DNA of 64,000 nucleotides from Phoronis australis (Eukaryota > Animalia > Phoronida). Position numbers and translations under genes: made by a program. The notes below the pieces were generated by a model. It saw nothing but the letters and a program-made list of their open reading frames with translations, had not been told where the DNA came from and did not search any database. Where the stretch lies: positions 62,001 through 126,000 of the forward strand of contig NMRA01000314.1 in the NCBI GenBank assembly GCA_002633005.1, in the 5' to 3' direction. Position 1 is the first letter of the stretch. Each line of letters starts with the position of its first letter. Below are positions 24,896-37,335 of the stretch, in pieces.

Positions 24896-27719
24896 TATAT
24901 ACGATTGTGGTAATAGACTCCCGTGAAAAGAGAATAATTGAGACAGCTTTGTAAGGGGTTGTTATTGTGCGAAAAAGGCAGTAAAGTCGAAATTGACACA
25001 ACAAAACGGCCCTCATGGAGACGTTCATACATGTATTTCAGAACACTGAGTTCAGTGTCCTGGCGTTGCCCCGCGAGTTCAGACATGAACCATTCACAGA
25101 GACAGGAGGAGTTAATAAACCTGTGTAATATATTAAAGTTCACCTCAGCTGACACAGGCAAGAAGTTACCAAGAAACACAAGTCTTTTCTCCTTCAGTGA
25201 GTAGGGACACAATTCAACTACAACTGTACTATGCGCAAACAGCTGGCATGAAATACGACTGGGTAATATTCCAGTTATCAAACATTCAGGCAGTTTTATA
25301 ACTGTTTTAAATCAATCAAATCACCGTAATTGATAATTCAATTGTATTTACCTTTGCCAATATTGCAGGCCAATCCCAATCGCTATGAGCTTAGAAGATA
25401 ACATGCTGACGTGTCCACTAAACATCACAACCAGGGCCGGGTTGGGAAACAGATCAGTGGACGGACTCATGAATATTTCATTCACACCAATACAATTGCA
25501 AGGATAAAGACTCCACCATCAACAGTTTATACTTCGTGATTGCTATGAAGTGGTCCATTTTGGCCTAGTTAGTCAAACCTTGAAGTTTTTACCACTTTTT
25601 ACTGTCGATGATCTCATTGTAAGCAACTCATGATCAGTCATGATGTGTACGGGTGAGCTGCGTATATTTTACGGTAAGCCTGTTAACGTGCCGCATGATG
25701 GGTACGCGGGAAACTTCCGTTATTTAGGGTACACTTGTCTCCATCTGTCTGTTCTGAATGCATTGTTGCATAATAAATCATGACTGGGACGCTCCATCAC
25801 AAAAACAGCTTTTGATCCATTGGGTAAAAAGATTTCCATTTGTCCGGGATTTGAAGGCTTTGAAATAACAGTTAGTTATTACGTGAGAAGAGGCTCTACA
25901 AATTGACTAATTGTCGGCGGGTCATTTTCCGCGCAGAGCATGGTCTCAATCAGTAACGCATCGTGAAATCTTTGCGATCACAGCAATCACTTCTCATCAG
26001 AAGAGGGTACGTCTCCTTCCTTGTCGATGCTGTTTACTATTCCTTGGACAAAATTAACGATATATCTCAAATTTTACTCCAAAAATTGGCCATTTTGACA
26101 ATACCGGTGTTCTTCATTCTCGGCCACTTCAAATACGAGATAATGTGCCGAGTAGCATAGCAAGAAAAAAGATTTAGTAGAACCTCTTTCAACCGCGCGG
26201 AAATTTGTTTACTACTTATCCTAGGTCAAAGGTTACAGGGTTGTCACTCAACTCGAATCTCCCGCCAAGCATAGAGCAGTTCCCTAAGTACCTTCAGTCC
26301 TTTATTCTCCCGGTGACCGAGTCGACATGATATTGAGTCAACAAGGCGAACATATGATAGAAAGATGCCGGGGAAAACGAAGATAAAACGCAGTGTTGAT
26401 CCTGAGGGAGTTGTGCGTCAGCATGTATACGACGTCGCTGAAAACGAATGCACCGAATCCGAGTCGCCGCATGCTTCTTTGTCGTTGTGTTCACGAACAC
26501 ACCAAGTTGTGAAAAATGATAAATCCTCACCCAAATTCGCTGATAATTTGACATTTCCCTGTTTCGATCTAGTGTTCTCGACGCCGACTTGATTTCTGTT
26601 GTCCAATTCGTACTTGCATTGTTGATGCCAGTCTCCCCTGCGTGTAATGTGCATCACACTGAACTGTTGACCTAGTTGACTGCTGAATCCGCTTTGACCT
26701 AGTTTGACTCAAGACACATTCATAAATTTGAAACGTTTTAGTGATAATTAAGTTAATTACGCACTACACTTGACATTGCGAGTGAATGTTGAAATAGCGA
26801 ACGTGGTTAAGGCATGTAAAGTTATATTGACCAAAACATGTTTTCACAGAATAAATTAAGCGATAACCATCATATTTTGAAGACTGGCGACGCTTTCTGC
26901 TTTTTTCTAGGCTTAGGAAATTCGACTTAATTGGAACTTAACAACATGAGTTCTCAAAAACGGCTTGGTGAATTTCGCTAAAACTGTACAATTTTTACAT
27001 TTATTCATTAATTCCGAAAACGCTGTTAGAATTTCCCATTTAAACGCATAGTTTTTGCGTACTGTATTACAGAAGAATACGACTGCTATTTTTACCAAAA
27101 AAAATATCTTATCTTACGTTTTGCGAGTTAATTTAGTATAGATACAAACCTATATGAGTATTCGAAAATTCCTAACAGCGTGCTGAGGTAATTTGAAAAG
27201 TTCTCATTTAATGAAAAGTTTAATTGCTATTGACTAAGGGGTTATTTTGCTCTAAATGTCTTAAAAATAAACTTTTGACTTAAAAAGGTGGTAACGCAAT
27301 AATAATTATGACACATAAATATAAAACATATTTTTTGTAATCTCTTATTTTTTCTTTCAGAATATACATGCTTTCACAGTCGATATAGCCTGTTTTGAAT
27401 ATATGAGCTGGAATGAAGGTCATTATACAACGTTAATTGTATGCACCCAAAAACGAAATGGCTTCTCTTAGAATACTTGTTGAGGTTGATTTTCGAGCAA
27501 AATTCTGGCGTCTTAATGGGAATATTTACTTAAGTAGTGGAAACTATATTTCTCCCTCTTTAAATTAATTGTTGGTTGTTATGGCCACATCTCTTTAAAT
27601 TCACTATTGACAGAGTTGTTAGCAGTCACGTGGTATGCTGCATCCCGTGCTAATCTCATAAAGTTTTGATGTATGTCCTCAGAAACACCAGTCACTCGAG
27701 CCAACGTTGCGTTTATTGA

Positions 27720-27774
27720 GGGAGAGAGAGAGAGAGACGGGAAAGGAGGGAGGGAGGAGAGAGGGAGAGAGAGC

Positions 27775-27807
<33 letters not shown>

Positions 27808-27808
27808 N
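27720..27808. repeat. (GA)n polypurine microsatellite ending at an N
   Basis: Directly visible. Confidence 0.95.
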
Positions 27809-28092
27809 GGGCGAAGCCTGACCTCACTCCGGTTGAAGGTCACCCGAGGCCTGACTGAGGCTGAAGTTCGTTCGATAGGACGTTGGATTCGATCAGCACT
27901 GTACTTCACGGAAGTCAGTCATCGGAAATGGAATTATGAAACAAATGAACAACAACACAGAAATACGCCCCCATGCCCCCTTTACTTCAAAAGACGACAC
28001 AATCCTGTACTATCCCATTGGTAATCGACCAAACTCTTCCCATATGGGACCACACATGCGGCATTTTGAGACGTTACTGACGTCGTAGTATT

Positions 28093-28300
28093 GGACATCA
28101 AAAGCTATGCCAAAAGACCATTCATGCTTTTGATAACCAAATGCCATATCTTAGGCATCATTTTACGTTTTTTGTCTATTTTCCGAATTGTTTATCGTGC
28201 TCACGAAATGTCGTAGGTTTCTTCCACGACATGTAGTTTGGCAGTATTAGGTGAGCAGACTCGTAGACAAGACGGTCGCTCCACCTGGTGGCTGATATAC
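28093..28300 (+). repeat. Old dispersed repeat (other copies about 45240-45470, 49255-49420, 51494-51705) carrying a CTCF-like motif
   Basis: Colinear motifs across copies: ATCAAAAGC(A/T)ATGCCAA ... CTCAC.AAATGTC ... GAGC.GACTC.T.GAC ... CCACCTGGTGGC. Confidence 0.6.
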
Positions 28301-31222
28301 ACCCACATTTCCAGCCAAAAGGTAGCGCGGAGGACGGACTTTCCACAAGTCGTAAAAAAACATTAACGTGAAGGAATAACCTTAAAGACACTAATTCAGT
28401 ATATGCCTACATAGGTGCCACGCATTTTCAAAAGTCTCTGCTAACTCCCTGTCCTTACTTAATAATGTTTGGGTTTAAAAACATACCGTAACACTAATTT
28501 AAACTCTGCACTGCTACGTCCGTTACGACTCCGTTTTCGCTACAACCAAGTTGGTCTGCAGGTATTCATGACTTGGAACTTCACACGGCGGGACACTCTT
28601 CTGAAATAGTCCTGCAGATATGCATATCCACAGCTCTCCCATAGAACTGTACACCTGGAATGTCACCATCGATCTCGCGCGGCTGAGTTTGCGCCATGCT
28701 TGCGTGGGACTTCGTTTGTCCCGCTTGTTTCTTGCTTTGGAGTTGTCACTAAACAGTTTCGAAACTCCGCCGTTTTTCAAGCGGAATTTACAAGAGTCAT
28801 AGCATTACGAAGCGCTTCATCAGTTCATGAGTGTGTTTTATTTTAGCAGAAGAAAACGACAAATGATCAAGTTCAAAATTAATTGTCATTATTTCCATTC
28901 ATGCCAGGTTAAAATTTATTGTTTAATGCTAGAAAACAAGAGTGTTGCCAAAATATGAAAATTATGAGTGTTATAATGAAACATTCATGTATTAACTGGC
29001 TGATTAATTAACTAATTAGTAGACTAAGAAAACGCATTGTCAATTAATTTAGGGTCTAATAGTAGCATTGAAAGGAAATGAACCAAGCGCTAATAAAAAT
29101 AACTAACAAGCCGGCAAATAGTATGAATGATTCAAAAGATTGCTACTGTAGAATATGGATCCCTCGCGCTTGCTGTGAAGAATTTAGTCAGACATTCATC
29201 TTTATACACTTTGGTGCCGTACGATACAAGTACACTCTTCAGTAGCTTTGAAATACATTGTGGAAAGTTCATTAGATGTGCTGTAGTACAGGAAAGTAAA
29301 AATTAGTCGTACTTATACACGTAATGTGTGTTATAAGAGACATTGGAATATTCTTTTACAACTGACATGTGACTAAAGAAAAAATGGAATGTAGCAATAT
29401 TCATAAGAAAGTGACAATGTTATTTTGAAAATCTATTGCACAGTTGCCAGAATTCGAAAATGAAAAAAATGAGACAACTGCATTGAAAAGAGGACATCGG
29501 GATGAAAAGCGGAACATCTGGGTATATATCAAAACGCAAATGTGAAAAGTTAGCTTCAATACACAAAAACGGCGTCGCGATATGGCTTTTGTCGAGTGGG
29601 AGACGTAGCTGAGTAAAGCCCCCGGCGTCGTGTTTTTACAATGCAAACCCCCGTGAATTCTTGGGGCCGCATCTCTAATATAAGGAATACATAGATCACG
29701 TAATGGAGTTGGCATTCCATGAACAGAGTTTGTTGACGTTACCATGAAGGTCCGATAAATTCAGAACAAATATTAAACCGATTACTCACCGAAGTGGTTG
29801 ATAGAAAGGAATAGCAGATGTGTGAAGAATATGCCGAACTTTCGAATTTGTCCTCCTTATCGGCTGTGGTACTCTATAGCGTTGTACTTAAATCTGCACG
29901 TTAGGTAGCATTGCTGCTGTGTTGGGAATCTTTGTAAAATGAGTACGTAGTTCTGAGTTTCGAGAACGTTTATCTGTTTTATCACCAAGAACACAGGTGT
30001 GAGATGAAAAAAAAACAACTAACATCATCAGTTTTGAAATCAGAGCATTTCACTCGGTCATCAGCACCACAAAAATTATAAGTAGTGTAAATAATATGTT
30101 TGAGTCTCTTGAACGCCCAAGGCGTAATAAGTCCGCCTGGGTACTGTTTGATCAACGTTTGGGCTATCGCCTACAATGGAGATCAACGAAAGATGACTCG
30201 ATCCAGGTCCACGGTACCAAAATCACCACTTATCCGTTTCTTGAAAGATTTTATTGAATTTGGCTTTCGGCTAAAAATAAGATTTAGTACGTATGGCTTA
30301 GCCTATTTTACAAAAATCAGGCTACTGCTGAAAGTCAGAAAATCTGTTTAAAACTAGAAGGCGAACGTCAGAAATACGTGTACATAGTATTCTTGAACAG
30401 ACAGAAAATAAAGCGTTTCGAGAAACGTAAAAGGCAACAAAACAAAACAAAAAACATTTTTGGCTAATCATACACAGATTTCTGGCGTTAGATTAAGTCA
30501 AAAGAGAAACAAGATCCAGGTCATACATAAACATTAACACTGTTAGACCAATTTGCGGTGTCAACAGATTTCCGCGGTTGCAAAGACGTAAGACCTACCT
30601 GAAAATAGAAAAACAAGCATAGAATAACGTAAGAGACAGGTCTCAGTTGCAGTACAGATAATGCCATTTCCTACTCATAATCAGCTCTTCATTTTTCCGT
30701 CTGTTTTTGATTGCCGCCAGATGCCACCCTACTCTGTGTCTCTTCTAGGGTTAAAATTCTCACCACATACTCTGGTCATTCCATTCCACAGCATAGTTCG
30801 TTTCGCGCGCTCTCATCGAAGATTTGGAATTAGTACGTGGAAATTGTCTTCATAATCACGGGCGATAGAGAAATCTGAAAAACTGGCCCGGGTTAACTTA
30901 CCTCTCCGTAGTTACAAAACCTAATCCACCAAGAAAAATCGCTCCTACTGAGTTCAGACTATTCAACCAATGCATTTCTTGCGCAATAATCAAACTAATT
31001 CTCAGCTGTAGTCCCACATTCGTAAGATGAGTGATTAAAAGGAGTTATCACAACTGGTATATTTTCTAATTTTTCTTTAGTTTTGTTTGGTCAGGTAAAC
31101 AACGCATACATGCGCCGTGCCTTACCCATCAGCGGAAGAATACCAAAACAAGTGTGACCTCCACTAAATTTTGCAGTCCCTTGATAGTGTAGTGTTATCT
31201 GCTCTAACGAAAGTAAATACAT

Positions 31223-31292
31223 CAGGGGCGGATCCAGAATTTTGTGTTAGGGGGGGCATGGCCCCCTTGGCCACCCTCTGAATCCGCCATTG
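31223..31292. mobile_element. 70-bp MITE (CAGGGGCGGATC...AATCCGCCATTG family)
   Basis: Terminal inverted repeats, flanked by TACAT on both sides. Relatives at about 14950-15051, 21649-21790 and 58633-58936. Confidence 0.7.
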
Positions 31293-32880
31293 TACATAAT
31301 AAGCTTATTACATCATTTCGGTTTGAAATCTTCTTGCTATAAATGTCTACAAAAATAAAAACAACTTATTTGACAAAAAGTTGACACTACAGGAAAATTT
31401 ACATTAGACTTTAGTAACGTACAAGTTTGATCAATGTACATCATGTAGTTTTGGAAAGTTTACATTTTAACCTGTTTGCGACCAAATATCTTAAAAAATG
31501 ATTTGTTTCACAACGAAAATCTCAGTCACATTTACCTGTCCTTTTTAATCGTAATTGTTATAAGACGGACGTGCTTGCCTACTTCATTCAACTTACTAGG
31601 CCGTCACGGTGGGATACGTGACTGAGCGCGCAGCACAGTTATTGGGCCACCTTTGCGGGCCCATTTCAGACGGTAGCACCAGCGTGCATTCAGGACCTAG
31701 TTTTTGCGAAAAGAGCAAGAACTCACAAGGCTTCGCAAGATATCGCCATGTAATATGCATGCGAAGAATGTGAACACACTAACTTCTTTGAGATTCTTGC
31801 GTCTACGAAACTTCACAGTGCGGTTTACACCCCACATAGCCAACATATAGCCAGGACACCCCACTTCTGTGTTCTTGTCATGACTTGCCCGAAGGAAAGC
31901 GTTGCTTCCTCATCCAACTGTATCAGCTTTCTCTTGTTGACGTTTTACATTCATAACAACATTAAGTCCAGACGTATTGAAAAGCATCTCTAAAACTAGC
32001 TGTTTATCACGATGTTTAGAAATCGAATGACAACTCCGCCACTCTTATTGTTACGAGAACTAATTTCACAATGTGCAGTGCTACGCTGACGTCATCTGCT
32101 CCACGTGCGTGCTTGATTGCGCTGTTAGTAACGCAAAGGGATATTTGGTTCGGACATTGAAAATTAAATGTCGAGGTGTGAAACAAGGTGATGCGTAAAT
32201 TGGCGAACAATAAAATCGATTAAGAAGTGGTCAGCTTTGACCATGTGATAAAACCTCGATGAAAGTACATGCATCAGCATATGTGTTTGTCTCGTTACCG
32301 TTCATCAGTAAGGTAAGATTTTAAGTGCAAGGCATAATTTGTCAATGCACGAAGAAAGTAAATTAGACGGTGCGTTATTGAAATAATTGTACAGTGTAGT
32401 AAGTGCTGTTATAACTAATTTCTCTAAAGACGTCGTTGATTGGGAAAAAGTTGTAATTAAATTTCGTTGCATTACTCAACTGACAAGGAAGCCGTTCAGA
32501 TTTTTTTTTTCGTATTGCAAAGGAGCCTTGCGCTAATGACGAGAAAAATCATGAAACTTGATATTCACAAAATTCACGGCTAATTGACCTGCATCTATCA
32601 AATGCGCCTATCAGTTATATTTAGTAAAACTCATATCACTGAATCTTATTTCTAAGTGGCAGCATTTTCCAAAGTTTGGTTTACAGTGAGGTATTGAGTT
32701 GAGCGACAAGGCTTAATGAAGTACATGTAAGTCGAGATAGCGAATCATCACTGCCTTTTCAGCTAAACAATATCAGATAAAATAACCGGGGTAGGTTTGT
32801 TATTCGTAGCGTTTGCTACTGTTGCGCTAGTTTGAGTAAAGATGGAGTTGCAAGGGTAAACAAAGGGGACTGAGTTCTAT

Positions 32881-33036
32881 CCTGCCTCCCGTTCAGTAAC
32901 GCTAGGACCTCGCTAAAAGGCAAGACTTCGCGAGATTATGTGAGATATTGCCGTACATTTTAAATGAGAACATGTGTCTTTGACTAGGATTTAGCTAGGT
33001 CCTAGCGTAGGTCCTAGCGTCTACTGAACGCACGCC
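32881..33036. mobile_element. Second copy of the about 145-bp MITE
   Basis: Its reverse complement aligns along its length with 58737-58880 (e.g. AGACTTCGCGAGATTA.GTGAGATATTGCCGT). Confidence 0.7.
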
Positions 33037-36000
33037 AGTATTACAGTGTCAATAGTGGCCTATTGTACTACATAAAGAGGACGACACGGCCATAGGCAAG
33101 TAAACCATATTGGGCGTGCTGACTGTGCTGTTAGATCACTATCACCGAGAAGACAGACTATAGAAACATACGTTACTACATGTATGCGCTTCAGTCAGAT
33201 CTCTCTCTAGAAGGGGTCACGTATAGACTGAACACGATACGCACGTTACGCGCTTAAAGTGGCACAGTACGTGAAAAACAACAAACATTCAAAGTGATTC
33301 TCTGCCACTGAAACACAAGTCAAGATGTTCACTAGGCATTTTTACGATTTGTTAGTAAAGATTTCGAATTTCTCTTGATTTCAGGGCATTTTTCTTTTAG
33401 TTTCAAGTTTAAAAAAACGATTTTCTTATCACTTCGTCGATTTTTCTCCCACAAGGCAAAACGCTTCTCCTTCATTGGTATCCCAAGACACAGACGGACC
33501 ATATTTACCCTATATGAAAAATGTGACCTATTACCCTTGACATAAATAAAGAACGGCGATTTAAAGCAGCAGCCACTCCGACCTTTTTGAGCGCTTGCGC
33601 TCATGTATTTTATTAGGGTAGACAATTTGAAAACTTTGGATACTCCTAGTGACCCGATAAGCGATCGAAAGTTGTTTTGATGTACCAATCATAAATTCAA
33701 AATGTCTAGCTCATCCTATAAGTCTGCAAAAAGTGACCTTTGACCTTTCAGATCTGATTGGATGATTTGATCGCTTAGGAAAATAATTCTTGAAAGTTTG
33801 CCCGGCACCTCTGCATCGGAGTTTAAAAGTACGTCTTTAAAAATACATACAAGAAATGTCGTTTTAAAAATGACATGACCTTGGTACTAATTATCTCTTT
33901 ACGAAGTATTTAGGGCTACATCAGAAGCGAATTGGTTAAAATCTGTAATTAATGCTGATTATCATAAACGTCTAATTATTGACCACGTAGAAAACAAGAT
34001 GCAGCCTGAAAAAATCAAACTTTCAGAAGCTAATGAACCTAATGACTCGATAAAAGCCTCAAATGACGTCAAGGTTTGGGCGTGAAACTTGTTTACATGT
34101 ACTAATCGAATACGATAATTTAAAGTACCGAACATTTGTTTGCATTCACGGAACACGACAGGGGGCGCGACGGTAAACAAGCATGTGTGCAAAGGTATCC
34201 GTGGGTAGTCAAAAGTTTTAACATCAAATTGAGAATTGCAACCGCTTATTGAATAACTTCAAAAAGGAAATTTCCGCAAGAAACCTAGGGTCCACGTCAA
34301 ATTTCCTGTCTCAGCGATGCCTCCTGGTCTCTCGCAAGAGGGTGGCATTGTCGCATCATAACTCTTTAGTGGAGTATGATTGACTTTTCACAGTCAGCAG
34401 AAAAGATCAAAGACCACTGTAGGCGCAAATTGACATGATTAACAGCGTGAATATTTACTGCACTCTCAAGCCTTTCGTTGCTAGGCGACCCTTTGGTGCT
34501 GCAAACAAGACACTTGAATATTAAGTGACACTACTTTTGCTGGTCTGTACACATTTAAGATCTACTGAAGCATGAGTGCTAGTAATCCGTTGCAATACGC
34601 ACATGGGCACTGAAGCACTATGGCTTAGGGGCATAGAACAGTTCTCACAGGGGTTTGTCTATTAGAACACACGTCAATGAATTCGCCACTCTTTCTTCAT
34701 TCTGTCAAAAATTGTATGCAAAGAACGAAAAGTTTTGAGTCATTTCACATCACAAGCCCCACAGATGAATACAGACTCTTTACTCCCTCTTGTACTTTTG
34801 ACCCTTTCACTCAAACTGAAAAGTAAGGTAGACTAAGAAAATGAGGGGAATAACACGAAATTTACACTTTTCACACCAAGACAACCATTTCCTTGCCGAT
34901 TTACGACTAAAGTCAACATTAGATTCTGCAAGCAAATTTCCTGCCGATTCCATGCATGTGCTCCAAAAGTACTGTCAACCAACTAGTTTTTTGCAAATAT
35001 GGCGTGTTTGAGGGCTACCTGAAATTGCAACCAATTTCTCAGTCATTACCCAGCAATGCTTACCATAACAATAGGGGGCCGCCATCTTGAAGAAGAGTGC
35101 AGCTACAGCCGAGCAAGTGGACTTCTTCATTCTCAACATGTTCACTTAATACAAACAAACCACATTCACTCAGCCTACATGCAATGCCTACCTACAAATG
35201 CCTCCAGCACTGGCCTACCCCTAGATTTTAATATTTTGGGAGTGCAAATTGGCCGCGGCCGCAGCCTAACTCAGTTTAGTGCCACGTTAGAACGTCACTA
35301 TCATGGTCAAAATGGAGTGCAGTAGCTGATTCGTCAATTCTGAAAAATACCACAGATAACGCTGCCCTAGAATCCCACAGAAGAAATGCGTTTGCAGACA
35401 CTAAAGAACATTTTATTAATTGGATTACATTTTGGTGAACAAAATAAAGACGTTTATTTCATCTCCTAACAATGTTCTTTTTATGGTAGTGAGCAGATTT
35501 TTTTATTACCCGACGAAGGTCTTGGGGACGTAATCTCGTTAGGAACTAAGGAACAATCAAATTCTTCTAAGTGACTAATGAAACTTTTAGTTAACCGACA
35601 TCAAAACTATAAATATTCTGCAGAAGCTCACATTCTTCCGTGGCATTAACAGGCATTATACAATTAACATACCATTAACATACCATTAACATACCATTAG
35701 CCAGCACTGAAAAATGTAGACATGAGCAAGGGGGTCTAATCTTTTTACTGGAAACCGAACTCGAAGGTACTTTTTGTCCTTTTCCAATCGACTTCTGTGC
35801 GCGCAACTAAATATAAGTGTGTACATGTATTGTTCTGTGCTCGAATATATATTGGCTTGCGTGAAACACTGTCTAACACAATTTTGCAATTGGTGACACT
35901 AGCAATAACTCTAAAAGCCCGAATCTGAACTCATGGAAATTTCGGGGTTTTAGTCGAGTTGTAGCTCAAATATAGAGGTCATCTAGTGAAAATTTTGTCT

Positions 36001-37059
36001 AGAAACTTATATGTATGAACCATAATGTACTCGCGCACACACTAGTACACCCGTATCACAACTACAAAAGTACAATTGAATTCGGCTGAGTACAAAGATT
36101 GGACCCCGGGCCTCGATGACGGGATCAATTTGACGCCATTTTGACGAGGACTCCGTCATGAGGTGCTGCTATGGATTACTTAAATTCAATTTTTGGATTG
36201 TTATGTCACCAACACAACAACAAATTTAATTAAATTTAGCATGTTTACCCTTTATACTTATTCTGATATATCCTATATCGCTTTGCTTCAAGTATAATTA
36301 GGCTTTATTTTGCAAATTTCTGAATCTCGATGATGGTGGTAACGAGCTTCCGTTTCGTGAAATGACTAATTTGTCAAGTCAAAGAAAGTATATGAGGAAT
36401 AAACAACGTTGGCACGTAAACTCTTTGTTGTGCTGACAATGCATATAGATGTTTTGTGCTATTAATGCGAGAATAATTTAATATCGTTATATTACCCCTA
36501 TCTAACACGTAGTGAGACGTCATTTGGCGGTTTCGTGAAGCTGTAAATTGGTGTAGAAGCAACTGAAACATCAAAACAAACGTAGGCGATGGAGCATCTG
36601 TTTACTTGCTAATGGCAGACGACAGGTAATTGGAAATGGGAGATACTAATTTCAATAACGAACTAGAGAACTTAAGAACAATAGATAATTGTCCAAAACC
36701 ATACTAATTACATCTGGGTGTGTGTACAAACTAAAACACATACCTAAGTAAATATCCTATTTTCAAAATTCATGGTACAAATGCATTTTAACAAGAAAAG
36801 TTTGGCCTCAGTATATGATAAGGTTATGTACACGAGGCAAAATTTCGGAAACCGGCCCGATGAACGCAACGGTTTGATTTCGCGTACATCACAATCTCAC
36901 CCTACGTGTAGTTTTGAAAGAGGATTCGATATAAGCATGGAACCCCTATCTGAGTTTGGTGGGCGCTATAAAATCTCACCTCGATTGACTTCTAAAGTTA
37001 TTTCTGCACTTTTCTATGAACCTATATTTGCGTACATGCTGAGTGCATCATTTCAAACT

Positions 37060-37335
37060 TATCATAATAAGCATTGCTACCACAGTCGTCATAGTTATCA
37101 TCGTCGTTACCGTCAACAACGACATCGTCATCCTTTTCATCATCACCATTGTCACCATCATCACCAATTCCACCATAGTCATCGACATCGTCAGCATCGT
37201 CAGCATCATCAAAACCATTACCACCCACCTCCGTTTGAACACCAGCTTCACCACAAGGATTCGTAATAATCATCGTCATCGCCACCCTGACCACCGTCAT
37301 CACCGTCATCACCGTCATTATAGTCGTTATTAATC
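37060..37335. repeat. Degenerate (CAT/CAC/CGT)n trinucleotide low-complexity tract
   Basis: Directly visible. It produces spurious His-, Ile- and Asp-rich ORFs. Shorter (ATC)n tracts lie at 44195-44225 and 44378-44430. Confidence 0.9.

Noticed and set aside
27819-27842. Everted nuclear-receptor half-sites TGACCT-N12-AGGTCA next to the GA repeat
   Set aside because: Non-standard spacing, single occurrence, adjacent to an assembly N.
28520-28800. Minus-strand ORFs including MAQTQPREIDGDIPG..., reminiscent of N-termini of transposon-associated proteins
   Set aside because: Too short and frameshifted; the similarity is only impressionistic.
36772-37333. His-rich 164-aa ORF and overlapping Asp-rich and Ile-rich ORFs
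   Set aside because: All are by-products of a degenerate (CAT)n microsatellite open in several frames; no domain or splice support.
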